The notes below the pieces were generated by a model, which was not told the DNA's origin, did not search any database, and was given only the letters and a program-made list of their open reading frames with translations. A DNA stretch of 64,000 nt from Octopus sinensis (taxonomy: Eukaryota): positions 112,158,001 through 112,222,000 of the forward strand of contig NC_043001.1 in NCBI RefSeq assembly GCF_006345805.1. Reading direction: 5' to 3'. Below, piece by piece: positions 49,101 to 63,559 of the stretch. A program made the translations under genes and the position numbers. Every line of letters begins with the position of its first letter. Within the stretch, counting starts at the first letter, position 1.

Positions 49101-50309
49101 CCCTCGTATATTCGTCTGCAAACTATAGCGCTTTTGCACCTTAAAAGAGAACACGTTACCAGAGAGTTACATGACCAATGTTTTTAAACCAATCTTGTGC
49201 TCATTAGAAGCTAGTCAAGCTTACAAAATAATCAGGAAATTGTATAAGGTTTAAAAAGGCGGCATGAAAACGAAATGAAGGCATGTGGCTCAATACTTAG
49301 GGTGTTAGGTTCATGAGCATAAGGTTATAAGTTCATTTCCTAGGTCGAACGGTGTGTCCTTGAGCAATGTACATTATTGCGGTTGCTGAAGTTTGCTCAC
49401 CTGTAATAATGAGCACCAAATTGTTCACCCCGAAGCCCTTTCTTCCGGCTTTCACATTCTGGATGTTATGCTGTGTCTAGGGTGAAGAGACCGAGACTGT
49501 ATCTATGTTGGCTTACGATTCATAGTCACCTAAAATAATTACTGACAGCATGGTACAGCCTACTAAACCATATTTGTACGCGTGCAGGGATGATTGACTT
49601 TTGTTTTGCTTTTTGTATATTTTGGGTGCGATGAATCTACACTTTTAACAGGATACCTAGGTAAAGTTCTCGCTATTTTATTAATGCCTTTGTCAATACA
49701 CATTTTCAATAAGCTATATCAATTATAACTATCCAGACGTTTATCCTGAAAATCAATTTGATTTTTGTGCATAAATTAGTCTCAGAATATGCGACAATCA
49801 TAACCTTTATTGGCCACCAAGGCACATTTAAATTAGAGCGCATTTTCTGTTGGACACACACACGAAAAAACACAAGGAATGGCACAATTAAAAGAAGAAC
49901 GGTCGGACATTAAACAACAATCCAGTGTTGTTGGAGATGTCGACTTCAAGAGTCTGGGAAACTTTTTCTTTCAATTCCACAGAGTCAATTTTTGTCTTTC
50001 AGACAGAATTTAATAAGAACTATCGTAGCTCAATGAGGAAATCAGACGGAAATTTTAATGGAATAAATAATCATATTAGATGATTTTATTTAAATTCTTT
50101 AATGCGCAAGTGCATGTGTTGCACCAACGCATGCACCCAGTGAAAGAGAGGGAACGGCATGTGTACAAGAAAGAAAGAAAGAAAGAAAGAAGAAAAAGAA
50201 AGAAAGAAAGGGAGAACGAGACAGACGGAGGCAGAAAATACAGGGGTCTGTTTAATAGACAGTGCAAAGAGACAGTGTATTGTTTATTAGTTCTTAGTAC
50301 AGACTTGAT

Positions 50310-50490
50310 GTCAGTCTATTGTTTCTGTTGGATTAGATTGCATAGCTTCTGTTCTGTCCACTGCAGGATGAAGGCCTCGGCATGTTCTCTCCGCCCACCA
50401 AGGAATGACGTGGAGGCCGTGAATTTGAGCTCGAGTTCATACTGGTTTCATGTGTCTTCTTTGCTACACTGGCTCGACATGGCATGACAG
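50310..50490 (-). mobile_element. RTE-clade LINE extreme 3' fragment
   Basis: Minus strand EAFILQWT (50355-50378) resembles the GEAxxxQW terminal motif of RTE ORFs. Confidence 0.5.
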
Positions 50491-50528
50491 AAAGGTACAG
50501 TATGACATATGCATACACCTACATATAT

Positions 50529-50559
<31 letters not shown>

Positions 50560-51975
50560 AGTATACACGTATACATTGAATTATGTAACTGATGAAAATA
50601 CCTTAGGGGGGCGTCGATCTGTAAGCAAAAAACGATTAAGGTAGGGTTCATATATGTAATAGAGTGTTGAAAATCTTAGTTGAGTGAAGTTCTTCAAGTC
50701 ACTAATGCATACTGTACTATAATATAAAATAATATAGTATAATATAATATAATGCGATATAATATAATATAATATAATATAATATAATATAATATAATAT
50801 TATATAATATTATATAATATAATATATATATATATAACCCGATCATGGGTGTGTGTTAGTGTGTGTGTGTATGCATGTATGTATGTATGTATGTATAAAT
50901 GTATGTATGTATGCATGTATGTATGTATAGCATGAAAGAGGTCAACTTTTGCATGCTTCCTAAAGTGTATAAGAAACCGTAAGATATATCGGCAGGAAAA
51001 AAAATGTAGTAAAAAAGAGAATGTACGAAAGACTGGGAAAATAATAAACTCAATTGGTTAAAATGAAATATTTTATTACCGAGCAATCAATCATTTTAAT
51101 TACAACCTGCGACAGACGTCTCCATTTTCAAATCGGGATCTTCTGGTAATGTTATGCCTGGATCTAAAAGCAGTGGGGACGAATAAACAAAAGTAAAAAA
51201 ACGAAAAGAAAATTTAATGTCTATTTGAAGAATTAAAAAAAAATAATAAATTGTGAAGATAAAAAAGAAACGGGAGGAGGCTGAAATGAAGGAACGGAGG
51301 ACAAAAGACTGGAAGCAAAAAGCAAAATGGTGGCATGAAGCAAGGATTTTTCTATTGTCAGTCGCCATTATCAGAGATGTTTGATTAAGAAAACAAAGAT
51401 AGCAGTCAACTTTTAAAGCGATTTTTGATTTAGTAGTCACCAATTGTATTCGGACGCTATTTTCGCAAGAGAAATTTTAAAGCGAAGATCTTGCTTCATA
51501 TTGAAGCCAAAATAAAAGAAATACTCATAGCTGTAAAGGGTGTGGTGGTAATGTTTGTATTGGTTTTAAATTATGTTTATTCCAATTTTGCACTGTCGCG
51601 CCCCAATGTTTCATACATTATTTTCAATTTTTATCGATTTTTGTCTGAGCTATTCAGTTTCTGAATGTGATTCAATTAATCAAGGAATAATAATAAATCG
51701 AACGGTGAAGATATTTTCTGTCGATTATTGTCACTGAAATAACAGATACGGAAATATAAATAGAACTTGCATGATAAGGTTAATGTAAATTTTGAATAGC
51801 CACGAAGTCTATATTCAAATATTTCTTCTTGAGTCCCTCTTGGAAAAACCATGCCTATTGTAATCGTATTCTATTCAACAAAATAGGTTGCTTGCATAGT
51901 TCTGATAAACGGACATTAGATTTCACTAGCTTGGGTTGATTGCATAATTACAGATCACTAAGCTTCTAATTTCAG

Positions 51976-52107
51976 GTTCAAATCCATCTTAATCCAAGTG
52001 CCTAATAGTGCAACGGTATCCATCGAAGCGGATCCATTCATCAGAGTGATCTTATCGGCTAACAACGAGAGTAAAATGAGTTCATTAAAATGTCTTAGAT
52101 ATACAAG
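51976..52107 (+). CDS. Weak candidate internal exon (132 nt, frame-preserving)
   Basis: Acceptor ctaatttcag|, donor AAG|GTAAAA; one open frame FKSILIQVPNSATVSIEADPFIRVILSANNESKMSSLKCLRYT; not recognised. Confidence 0.25.
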
Positions 52108-52269
52108 GTAAAACGAATTAAAAGGAATTAATCTTGGTATTGTAAATCTCTGCTCATCAGTCAATCTTTATTTAGCTCCTCTCCTGAAAGGTTGTACGAT
52201 TTCTCTTTGTTTTCCAGCTTGCCACAGTCGCCGAGAGTCATAGCATTTCCAAAGAGCATCTGCACACTC

Positions 52270-52373
52270 AAACCTATATATATACATACATAAACACACA
52301 TCCACAAGAACAAGTATATACATGCGGGCATGCATAACGCCTAACTACATACGTGCAAACATCCATGCGTACG

Positions 52374-52405
<32 letters not shown>

Positions 52406-52730
52406 CACACATACACACATACACATACATACACAACCATGCATACATACATATACACACATACATACGCACATACATACATACAAACACACATACATAC
52501 ACACATGAACACATACGTTCATACATACATGCAAACACACATAAACACACACGCACACATACATACATACATACACATACATATATATACACATCCATTC
52601 ATACAAACACACATACACACACATACATACATATATACATACATATACACACACATGTACATACATTCATACATACATACATACATACATACATACATAC
52701 ATACATACATACATACATACACACATACAT
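52270..52730. repeat. (CATA)/(CA)n compound microsatellite
   Basis: Direct inspection. Confidence 0.93.
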
Positions 52731-54530
52731 GGTTATTGCCCCGTCTTGGCAGATGATAGCCGTCTCTCATTCAGCCTGATTGTTTTGATTTTATTTCCAT
52801 ACCTGCATGTGCTCAGATATGACTTTTGACGCCACTTTAGGACTTTAGAAAATATAAAACTGATCAAAAAATCAAATGTTAGTCAGACATTTGTTGGTCA
52901 TTGAATTTCAATGAGAAACATTTGTACAACACTTTTGGTACCCTTTCGGTCGCTATATTAGGTCCCAGTGACAAACATTGCAAAATGACTGATACCATTT
53001 TCACTGCAAGTTTTATGTCAGGGTACGTTTCTGCTAGAAGAATTGCCTTTCCCACGGTTTTGTCAAAAAGTAACGGAAGCCTCCTCTACCCTGGGGAAAT
53101 CTATCTAATCCATAGATGGAACCCTGTGAGGTACTACCGTTCCGGGTCAGAACGTATCTGGGAGCAATGGTAATCAAGAAGTGATTTCACCCTCCCCACA
53201 ACTCAAGAACTCCCTAACTCAGGAGTAGGAAAAAGCCCGCCCGCAGGCACAATTGCACCCACAAGACCATTTTATTTTGCCCACAGGCTGATATATTCGT
53301 ATGTACAAAATATAGTAAATTTTTAAATTATAAAATTTATACAATATTCGTATGCCTATTTGCGACATAGGTCGCGTTTCCACTCCGACGTTAAACGGTT
53401 AGATTCGAACAGAAACTCGTCCGGTAATTGCCATTTGAATGAAAATTTTGTTTTCCCCATAAAACACATATTGCCAGATTTGTACCACCCACTTGAGACC
53501 CAATTACACTCTCGCTGAAAAATATAGAAACCTCAGAAGTAATATAAATGTCCTAAATTCAGTGGTGGCGTTAATGAAGATGTTATACGTTAATTTAAAC
53601 TTATGTTTATTAATGTATATCGAATTATACATAGATATATACAAGATCTACACAGATATAAGAGTTAGAACATGTGATCAGCCCGTGGACCTTTTTCTTT
53701 GTAAATTTTTTCCCGCCGCACTAAAAAGTTTCCCCACTCCTGCCCTAACTGGAGCCTCACCACCAGACAGAGTTTAATATCATACCCAGTTTATACATAC
53801 ATACATACATACATACATACATACATACATACATGCATACATACATACGTACGTTCATACATACATACATACATACATACATACATACATACATACATAC
53901 ATACATACATACATAATGAAACCTGCAGCTTCTTTGCTCTGATTATAACTTTTATACCACTAATTATTGTAATTGGCTGTGTTGGTTAATGCTAAGCGAC
54001 ATTCTAGAAAAGGTAGGATTCCAGGAAGAAGAATGAAGTCAGCCAGCTTCCATTTTGAGAATAGTAATAGTGTAATGTGTATAATTTTACACTGACAGAA
54101 AGGTTCACACACACACAGACACACACACAATACTAGTGTTGCTGCTGCTGCTGCTGATGAGGATGAGGGACCAATTTGTAAATATATGCACATTCTTATT
54201 GTTTATAATTCCTTAGTCATTAAGGAACTAATAATTTACTCCCCTTTACAGGCCGAGTGTTATTTTTGTTTAATTTCTCATTTGACCGCCTTTACAACAT
54301 CTTAGCATGTGTAATTTCCTAGGGATAAACCAATCTAATATTTGATTTCTATAATATTTATGCGATTAAATTCATTGAATATTTTTCTGCTTGCGCTGCT
54401 AAGAACTATCTAAAAAGTTATTGAAACATACCTACTTTCTCTTTTCTCTGTCCATATATGATGTGTGTGTGTGTACGTGTATGTATGTATGTAAGTATGT
54501 ATGTATTATGTGTGTGTGTGTGTGTGTGTG

Positions 54531-54854
54531 AAGGCGCGTGGCTTAGTGGTTAGGGCATTCGGCTCACGATTGTAAGGTCGTGAGTTCGATTCCCAGCGAC
54601 GCGTTGTGTCCTTGAGCAAGACACTTCATTTCCCGTTGCCCCAGTCCACTCAGCTGGCAAAAATGAGTTGTACCTGTATTTCAAAAGGCCCGGCCTTGTT
54701 ACACTCTGTGTCTCGCTGAACCTCCCCGAGAACTACGTTAAGGGCACGCGTGTCTGTGGATTGCTCAGTCACTTACACGTTAATTTCACGAGCAGGCTGT
54801 TCCGTTGATCGTATCAGCTGGGACCCTCGTCGTCGTAACCGACGGAGTGCTCCC
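54531..54854 (+). mobile_element. SINE related to family B: different tRNA head and middle, same 3' half
   Basis: Head ggcgcgtggcttagtggttaggg...gagttcgattccc, gtgtccttgagcaagacac, then the family B tail from gttgtacctgtatttcaaa to gacggagtgctcc. Confidence 0.85.
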
Positions 54855-55198
54855 ATGTATGTATATATAGGTGGATGGATGTCAACGGACGGATGTCAAC
54901 ATTCAGATTCATCTCAAGATTACTTGTCAATAGAGAAGAGAATGTTTGTAACCTAGATCCAAGTCTCCTTGATTGGAATTTCAACATCAAGTACAGGTTA
55001 TTTTGTATGTATGTACATGTATGTATGTATGTATGTATGTATGTATGTATGTATGTATGTATGTATGTATGTATGTATGTATGTATGTATGTATGTATGT
55101 ATGTATATACGAATGTATACGTGCAGAGCTGTATGTTTTGTATTATGTATGTCTTCTCATGCACATACTTGCATATCTAACTAAACATGCTCATATAT

Positions 55199-55372
55199 AA
55201 AGGGAAAGTTTACGAAAATAAACAAAAGACGAAGGCAGGTTGTGTAGAAAACAAACAGATGTATTAGTATAACGCTCAGGAATAGGAAAAGTCTTTTACC
55301 TTTCGAGCCTACACTCTTCTACAGAAAGATACATAGAAAAACAAGGAGAGAAAAAAAATGTGTGTAGTAGCT
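55199..55372 (-). mobile_element. Solo Penelope-like terminal repeat (same subfamily as 16410-16604)
   Basis: Minus strand tcttt-ctgtagaa-gagt-gtag-gctc-gaaaggta-aaaga at 55292-55329; ends at (TA)n. Confidence 0.78.
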
Positions 55373-55895
55373 TTAAATGATAAACTTGAGGAAAGTTTTA
55401 CAGATTTTTACAGTGCCAGTGCACATACATGCATATTTACATAAATACGTGTATATATGCTTGTATGCATGTATGTATTTGTGTGTGTGTTTGAATGTGG
55501 GTTCTCTCACATAGATTCACATACCAACTCACCCATATTTGTTGTACAGCTGGTTGTACTGTTGTAGAGTGCACAGTTTTATTACCACGGAAAACAAACT
55601 ATAAATCAAACTAAAATACAAAGAAATAAACTTTTGTACTTTTCTCAACTTTTCTATAAAGAAAACAAAACTTTGCTACACACGCACACACACACAGTCT
55701 ATCGAGTCCATTCAATGGACGATCTATTCTCAGCGCAGCAGCAATCAATCAGTATTTTGTAACGGTTCATAGAATTTAGAAGACCAAGTCAAAGTAATTT
55801 TTTTTCTCCATATTTTCAATTTTATTATAATTTCTTTGTCAACTTCATCAATGTTTAAGTAATTTAAACTTGTAAACAATCGATGCTTTTCTTTG

Positions 55896-55946
<51 letters not shown>

Positions 55947-56206
55947 ATTTGTTTTCCTTTTTGTTTCGTTCAATGTTCAGTTTTTTATTTTTTTTTAATA
56001 AGGTTTGCGTAGTCACGGTGTCACAGTTATAGACAAAACACCAGAGGATATCTCTTTGAAGTACAGCACAGTACTGTTTGGCAATTTAAAAGAAAAAAAA
56101 CAGTAATGATGATGATGATGATGATGATGATGAAGATGATGATGATAATAATATTTTACGGTGCTGTTTGTTGAAGTTAGTATTGTCTTTATATCTCTTC
56201 ATTGCA

Positions 56207-56237
<31 letters not shown>

Positions 56238-56419
56238 GAAGCAGTTCTTTAGGAATGCAGAGCCTGATGACCTCTTCAATCCATTCAGCCACGAGGATGC
56301 ACTAACGTGTGTTAACGTTATCCTTGCTCCTCTAACCGAGTGACAACGCACGACTTGTTAACCCAATTATCCAAATATCACTGTAATGTGACAGTGATCC
56401 TGTGCTAGCGCTTCGTACG

Positions 56420-56960
56420 TACATACATACATACATACATTCATATAATATATACATACATACATACATACATACATACATACATACATACATACATACA
56501 TACATGCATACATACATTCATACATACATACATACATACATACATACATACAGATACATACATACATACAGATACATACATACACACATACATACATACA
56601 TACATACATACATACACACATACATACGTACATACATACATACATACATACATACATGCATACATACATTCATACATACATACATACATACATACATGCA
56701 TACATACACACACAGATACATACATACATACATACATACATTCATACATACATACATACATACATTCATACATACATACATTCATACATACATTCATACA
56801 TACATAATACATAAATACATACATGCATACATACATACATACTTTCATACATACATACAAACATACATACATACATACATACATAATACATACATACACA
56901 CATATACATAGAAACATACACACGTACGTATATATATATATGTATATACATACATATCTA
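56420..56960. repeat. Long (CATA)n microsatellite
   Basis: About 540 bp interrupted tetranucleotide run. Confidence 0.95.
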
Positions 56961-57518
56961 TGTCTATCTATTATCTATCTATCCATATATAAATATATAT
57001 CGAGAGAGAGAGAAGGGGGAGAGAGGAGAGAGAGAGAAAGAGAAGGATGTTAGTTATGGCCCGATGCATATGGTTACCCATGGTTCTCGCGTCCATAGGG
57101 TGCTTAGCTTTACACACATCTCGACATTCCCTAATGGCCGATGGCTTATAGCGTCTCTTCAAAATGGAAGGACAAAAAGGTTCGTGGCAAGTTTTCGAAC
57201 ACACACACACCAAAGAAAGGTCAAGCACAAAGGAATGTCTCTCTTAGACCACTATCAGGAATCCACCAAGTGAGTTTGGGGGTCCCAGGGTTTCAGTAGG
57301 AATCGAAATAGATACATAAGTTTCGGCAGAAAATGGTCCAAACAAAGATTAACTTAATAGCACCAGCTGGTAAAGTCATTTAAAGATGCTTCATATATAT
57401 ATATATATATATAATCAACTAATGAGGGTGATAAAGTTGTATACTAATTTAATAGTACATCCATTTAACACCAAGTGGCTTAGTGCATATAAAACCCGGA
57501 TTTTCATACATTTTATAC

Positions 57519-57865
57519 ATAAATATAAGAGACCGACTACTATGTGGTCTACTCTAGCACTAAAAATAGATCCATTGGGCTTCAGCCACATAAAAAATGT
57601 TTCCGATGAATATTAGCACAACTACTGGCGCAGACAGGGCAAATAAACATAACGAAAATTCAAATTAGTTCGGGACAATTGTTTCGCTATTAATAAATTA
57701 ATAAATTATGTAATTTTACTCGCATAATTTACCTTTATTTGTAGCTCCTCGGCCGAACCCATTCAGAATACAATTAACTCGACCGCATGCTAGACTTCAC
57801 CACCACGACAAACGCATGGATCTATTTTTAGTGCTAGAGTAGACCACATAGTGGTCGCTCTCTTA

Positions 57866-57872
<7 letters not shown>
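57519..57872. mobile_element. MITE-like element with 57-bp inverted arms
   Basis: 57519-57575 is the reverse complement of 57816-57872 with 2 mismatches; non-coding interior; TA-rich flanks. Confidence 0.8.
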
Positions 57873-57924
<52 letters not shown>

Positions 57925-58004
57925 ATACATTTATATATATATACACACACACATACATACATACACACATGTATATATATGTTATATGTGGGTGTGCCCA
58001 TGTG

Positions 58005-58205
58005 GTAAGAACCCTTGTGAGTGGAATTAGTAGACGGAAACTGCTGAAGCTCTTTGTGACAACCGATGTTGGTGTGTTTACTTTACTGTTACTTAGTATT
58101 TCAACACAAGAGACTAATAGAATAAGTATTAGGCTTACAAGGAATAAGTCTAGGGGTCGATTTCTTCAACTAAAACTCTGGACACAGTCAAATGACTAAA
58201 ACAAG
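58005..58205 (+). mobile_element. SINE A, degenerate and internally deleted
   Basis: cttgtgagtggaattagtagacggaaactg...tgacaaccgatgttggtgtgtttac...gatagaataagta-like blocks. Confidence 0.75.
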
Positions 58206-58262
58206 AAAGGAAAGGAATCAGAATATATTATATATATATATATATATTATATATATATATAT

Positions 58263-58353
<91 letters not shown>

Positions 58354-58395
58354 TATTATATATATAATATATATATATATATAATATATATATAT

Positions 58396-58801
58396 ATAGG
58401 CGCAGGAGTGGCTGTGTGGTAAGTAGCTGGCTAACCAACCACATGCTTCCGGGTTCAGTCCCACTGCGTGGCATCTTGAGCAAGTGTCTTCTGCTATAGC
58501 CCCGGGCCGACCAATGCCTTGTGAGTGGATTTGGTAGACGGAAACTGAAAGAAGTTTGTCGTATATATGTATATATATATATGTATATGTGTTTGTGTGT
58601 CTGTGTTTGTCCCTCTAGCATTGCTTGACAACCGATGCTGGTGTGTTTACGCCCCCGTCACTTAGCGGTTCGGCAAAAGAGACCGATAGAATAAGTACTG
58701 GGCTTACAAAGAATAAGTCCCGGGGTCGATTTGCTCGATTAAAGGCGCTGCTCCAGCATGGACGCAGTCAAATGACTGAAACAAGTAAACGAGTAAACGA
58801 G
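58396..58801 (+). mobile_element. SINE A, full copy inserted in (TA)n
   Basis: taggcgcaggagtgg head to gtaaacgagtaaacgag tail. Confidence 0.92.
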
Positions 58802-58844
<43 letters not shown>

Positions 58845-59670
58845 ATATATATGTATTTAGTTTACCAAGTTTCGAAATGTAAGCAAAATCACAAAGGGAA
58901 AATACACACAAGGTATGGTCATACTGTTTCCTTGCCAGTTATCGTTCAACAATCATTATAGTTTAACGCCTTATTTTAAGCCGATAAAATAAGTACCAGT
59001 TGAGTACTGGGGTCGATGTAATCGACTCATCCCTTCCCCGAAAGTTTCAGGCCTTGTGCCTATAGTAGAAAGGATTATTATTGTTGTCGTTATTGTTGCT
59101 GTTGTTAGATTTTATTATTTATTTACTATTCCATCGCTGTTGCCATTTAATTCCTCATTCGTTGTGCAATTTCCAGGAGAGGTTTTGTTTCAATCTCTCC
59201 GGTTTACGGATAGGAGCATAGGCAGTGTCCGCTCTAACATCGTTTGTATGCAAACAGCAGAGCGGCAATATGGCGGGACAGCGCCCCTGATGTATATGAC
59301 AAGAACGTGAAGGCAGGTGGAAGATGGAGGTGATAGAGAAGGGGTCAGTTACAAACGAAACTTGGAATGCGCGGGGACCATTGTAAAGCTTGTGTATTTA
59401 TGCATATGTGTGCTTGTGTGTTTGGGAAAGGTAAGGGTAGTAGGAAGAGGAGGAAGAAGAAGAATGAGGAGGATAGGAGGAGGAGAAGGGGAGGGGAAGA
59501 GGGAGGAAGTGGAAAAGTGATAAACAAGGATACAGTAAAAATGTCTAAATATGTTAGTATGTGTGTACGAGAGGTAGAGAACGAACAACTGATGGACTGT
59601 TTGTATGCAAGTATGTATTATGTATATACCAGTCAATATGTATGTATGTGTGTGCGTGTGGTGCGTGCGT

Positions 59671-59737
<67 letters not shown>

Positions 59738-60223
59738 ATACATAAAGGAAAACAAAGAATGAGGAATACACCGAAAGCATTAAATTATATTTTCTGTTCT
59801 CAGAGATGTGTATTTTTGTAAATAAAGAAATGGAGTAAAATAATTCAAGAGAAAGAGGGAGAAGGGTGAGAATCGAGAGAGAGGGAGAGTGAAATAGACA
59901 GAGAGAACGAGAGAGAAAAAAGAGAGGGAGAGACACACGGATAGATAGACAGATGGACAAAAAGGCAGACAGTGAAAAGCACCGAGGGTAAATTGAATAC
60001 CGATTGATAGTCCGTTCCACTAAATTCCTTCCTTTTATTAAGACGGGAACAAAGAGAGAAGAAAGGTGTGTGAGAGAGTAGAGTGGAAATTAGGCGAGGT
60101 GGAGATAGGTGTGTGTTGATAAGAAGAGAGAGTAAGAGTGGGAAGGTTTGAATGAGACAGAAAGAGAAATACAGCTAATGAACTATGAAGGAATACAAAT
60201 AGAATATAATTGTATAGATATCT

Positions 60224-60224
<1 letters not shown>

Positions 60225-60269
<45 letters not shown>

Positions 60270-60301
60270 AAGAAAGAGAGAGAGAGAAGAGAGAGTGTGT
60301 G

Positions 60302-60335
<34 letters not shown>

Positions 60336-60430
60336 GAGCGAGAAGAGCTAGAGAGAAGAGAGAGACGAGTGGGAGAGAAAGAACGGGAGAGAGAGAGAGA
60401 GAGTGTGTGTGAGAGAGAAGAGAGCAAGAG
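60225..60430. repeat. (GA)n polypurine tract
   Basis: Direct inspection. Confidence 0.93.
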
Positions 60431-62251
60431 TGGGTGAGTGAGTTCTGAAGTGGGAAAGAAAGGTATAGAGGTGGCAAATGCTGGAGGTAATGCTGACATA
60501 TATATTCCACGCTATACCCTACATCTATAAATTCCATGTGCCAATATAAAGAATCGTCGTTATATAATGCTGTAATTTGTATGTACTAGCTGTAACAGAC
60601 GGAATCTTTTGAGCTGTCTTGATAACGTGATACAAGCCCGAAATCTTCGTTCTTAATCTGTCAGCTGTCACATCCAACCCCATTGCATTGAGAAATTATT
60701 TGAGAGATGGTAGTAACATTTCTGGCGTAGGTAATGAGTTATTGAGCCTAGACATAAAACCAACGATTCATGTGGAATTGCAGCGGTGATCTAGGAGAAG
60801 AAGAAGAGAACGGACTAAATACCTTTCCGGTATTTAAGGATGCATCTTTACATTCTGAGTTCAATACCCATCAGAATAAACATTACCTCTCGTTCTTAAA
60901 ATAAATACGGAACTTGTCTAATTCAGTATCCTGACAAACCTGTAATGGAATGAAAACCTTTTTGCACAAAACCTCTATAACACCGAGGAATGCTTGTTTG
61001 CATATAATACCCTCAAGGTGAAAAGTAGATCAACCATAGGGCAACCTAAGAAACAATATTTTGGCACAAAACCCTTTAAGGTAACTCTCCCTTACTTAAA
61101 ATAGTTTTCTTTAATGTGCAAATTAAAACTTTTTAACAAAAATTTCATTAAAGTTTTTCCAAATGTTTTCAAATAAAATGGTGTCAATCATAGGATGAAA
61201 GCCAGACATTTGGGATGAGAGAATAGTAGACTATATCGTCTCCAGTACTTGACTGGTATTTTATTTTATCGATTGTTTTCGGGTGAAAGGCAAACTTGGT
61301 ATCTTTGAGATTTGAAGATAGAAAGTTTAGAAGCCAAAAAATTGTTCGACGCTCTGTAACGAGTATCATATTTGCAATACTGTTTCACTTACACCAGTGA
61401 AAGTAATGTGTTTCAGGGATTTTTCTTTTTAGTATTGTAGTCCATCACTTCGTCGCAATTTTCTCAATTGAAATGTTAACTTGATGTAAGCTTCGTAGAG
61501 TTGTTAAATCAATAACAATAAAGGAAATTTTAAACTGCAGTGCTATTTTTATAACGAGAAATGTTGAAATAATACACGGGGATATTCTTCAGAGAATTTA
61601 CTTTCATGCAAAACTTGTGCTTTTACCGATTTGGTGGTGAAGCAAACCCTGTATATCACTGATCTAGATCCAGTCAAAATTAAAGAACCCTACAAATTTC
61701 CATTGATTAACAAAATCGAGCCCGTACTTATTGCTACAGACACTATATGTCAACGACGATTTGTACTATTCTTTGGTATATTTGACACTTTAAAGCGTTA
61801 TGTCCAACAGCTAAATGAACCTTGTCCAGAGCTCGAACATATCTACAAACATTGGGTACACAAACAATAAATTGAAAACTACAGGACACACACATATATA
61901 TATATTGTCAATAAAAAAGAGTAGAATTAATTAATTATTAATCAATTCGACCGAGCAGTGTTCGGTATGTAAAATGACCATTTACGGTATATTTGAAATA
62001 TTACTTTATAACTTTACTTATGTCCTCGGGTATCTTACATGGATGTGATCTTTCGTTGTTTTTCCCTTATGCCTATGTGAGTTATTTATGAGTATGCATT
62101 GTCTGGGAGACTTTTTCTTGCAGTAGAAGAAATAGCCAAATTTTGGGCTGCTTTCTAAAAAGCTCGGTGTGTGGGTAAGTATATAATCTATTATAATATA
62201 TATATATATATAGATAGAGAGAGAGGAGAGAGAGAGAGAGAGAGGAGAGGG

Positions 62252-62301
<50 letters not shown>

Positions 62302-62332
62302 CAGACAGATAGATAGATAGATTGATAGATAT

Positions 62333-62395
62333 GTTTCTTTAAGCCACACAGGGCTGCACACAGATAGAACAAATTACAAGGTAGAGCTTTTCTTT
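62333..62395 (-). mobile_element. Retroelement 3' tail homologous to the SINE C tail
   Basis: Minus strand ccttgtaatttgttctatctgtgtgcagccctgtgtggcttaaagaaacata aligns with SINE C ccttgtttgtcccctctgtgtttagccccttgtgggtagtaaagaaata. Confidence 0.55.
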
Positions 62396-62515
62396 TGGGG
62401 TAAAAAAAGGGAGTGGTGATTTTCGATCACAAAGGGATCGTAAAAGGAAAGAAAGAGGACAAAAAAAGGGAGGGGTTAATGGTAATAAAAAAAAAAATTT
62501 TTTAAATAGATAGAT

Positions 62516-62554
<39 letters not shown>

Positions 62555-62555
62555 G

Positions 62556-62595
<40 letters not shown>

Positions 62596-62731
62596 TATAA
62601 TCTATTTTTCTCTCTCTCTTTCCCCCTATCTAAATATCTATTTATCTCTTTTTATACACGCCACACTCATATATAGAGATAAAGACAAATAAGCATACAC
62701 AATGCACAAATGCACATATATACATACACAT

Positions 62732-62773
<42 letters not shown>

Positions 62774-62869
62774 GCACAAACAGATGCGCGCGCACAGACA
62801 CACAAGCGTGCGCGCACCCACACATATATGCTTTTAAATATGAATATGTATTTAAATATACATACTGCT

Positions 62870-62871
62870 AC

Positions 62872-62915
<44 letters not shown>

Positions 62916-63051
62916 GTGACGTTGGCGTTGATCATAAGGATGATGATAATTATGCTTCAGTTAATATAACAGTGTAATTACTGCTTCTGTTGCTACTACT
63001 ACTACTACTACCACCAGCACCACCACCACCACCACCACTACTACTACTACG

Positions 63052-63083
<32 letters not shown>

Positions 63084-63146
63084 CACCACCACTACTACTA
63101 CTACTACCACCACCACCACCACCACCACCACACCACCACCACCACC

Positions 63147-63193
<47 letters not shown>

Positions 63194-63500
63194 CACAATC
63201 ACAACCATCTCTGCTATTACTACTATTACGACTGTTGCTGCTGCTGCTGCCGCCGCTGCTGCTGCCGCCGCTGCTGCTGCCGCCGCTGCTGTTATTGTTA
63301 CTACTACTACTGCATTTGCAATCTGTTATTACTACTATTACTACTACATCTGCTGCTGCTGCAACTACCACCACTACTACAACAACAACAACTACTACTA
63401 CTATACTACTACTACTACTACTACTGTTGTCTTCGTCGAAACCGCTTCTGTTATTGTTACCGTCGTTGTTGTTGTTATTATTGTTATTGGTTTCGAATGC
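62870..63500. repeat. Compound (GAT)/(ACT)/(ACC)/(GCT)n tract
   Basis: Trinucleotide runs; phase break near 63130. Confidence 0.93.
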
Positions 63501-63559
63501 TGTTGTCGCCGCTATTGTTGTTTAGGAAACTTTACTGAATTTAATGGTTTCTAGTCTAG

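Noticed and set aside
61631-61870. 79-aa non-repetitive ORF (TLYITDLDPVKIKEPYKF...)
   Set aside because: Starts at TTG, no recognisable domain or splice context; unsupported without a search.
62124-62174. 51-nt segment with strong ttcttgcag| acceptor and |GTAAGT donor
   Set aside because: Sits in a block bounded by (TA)n tracts that looks like a repeat terminus; peptide unrecognisable; cannot be separated from chance.
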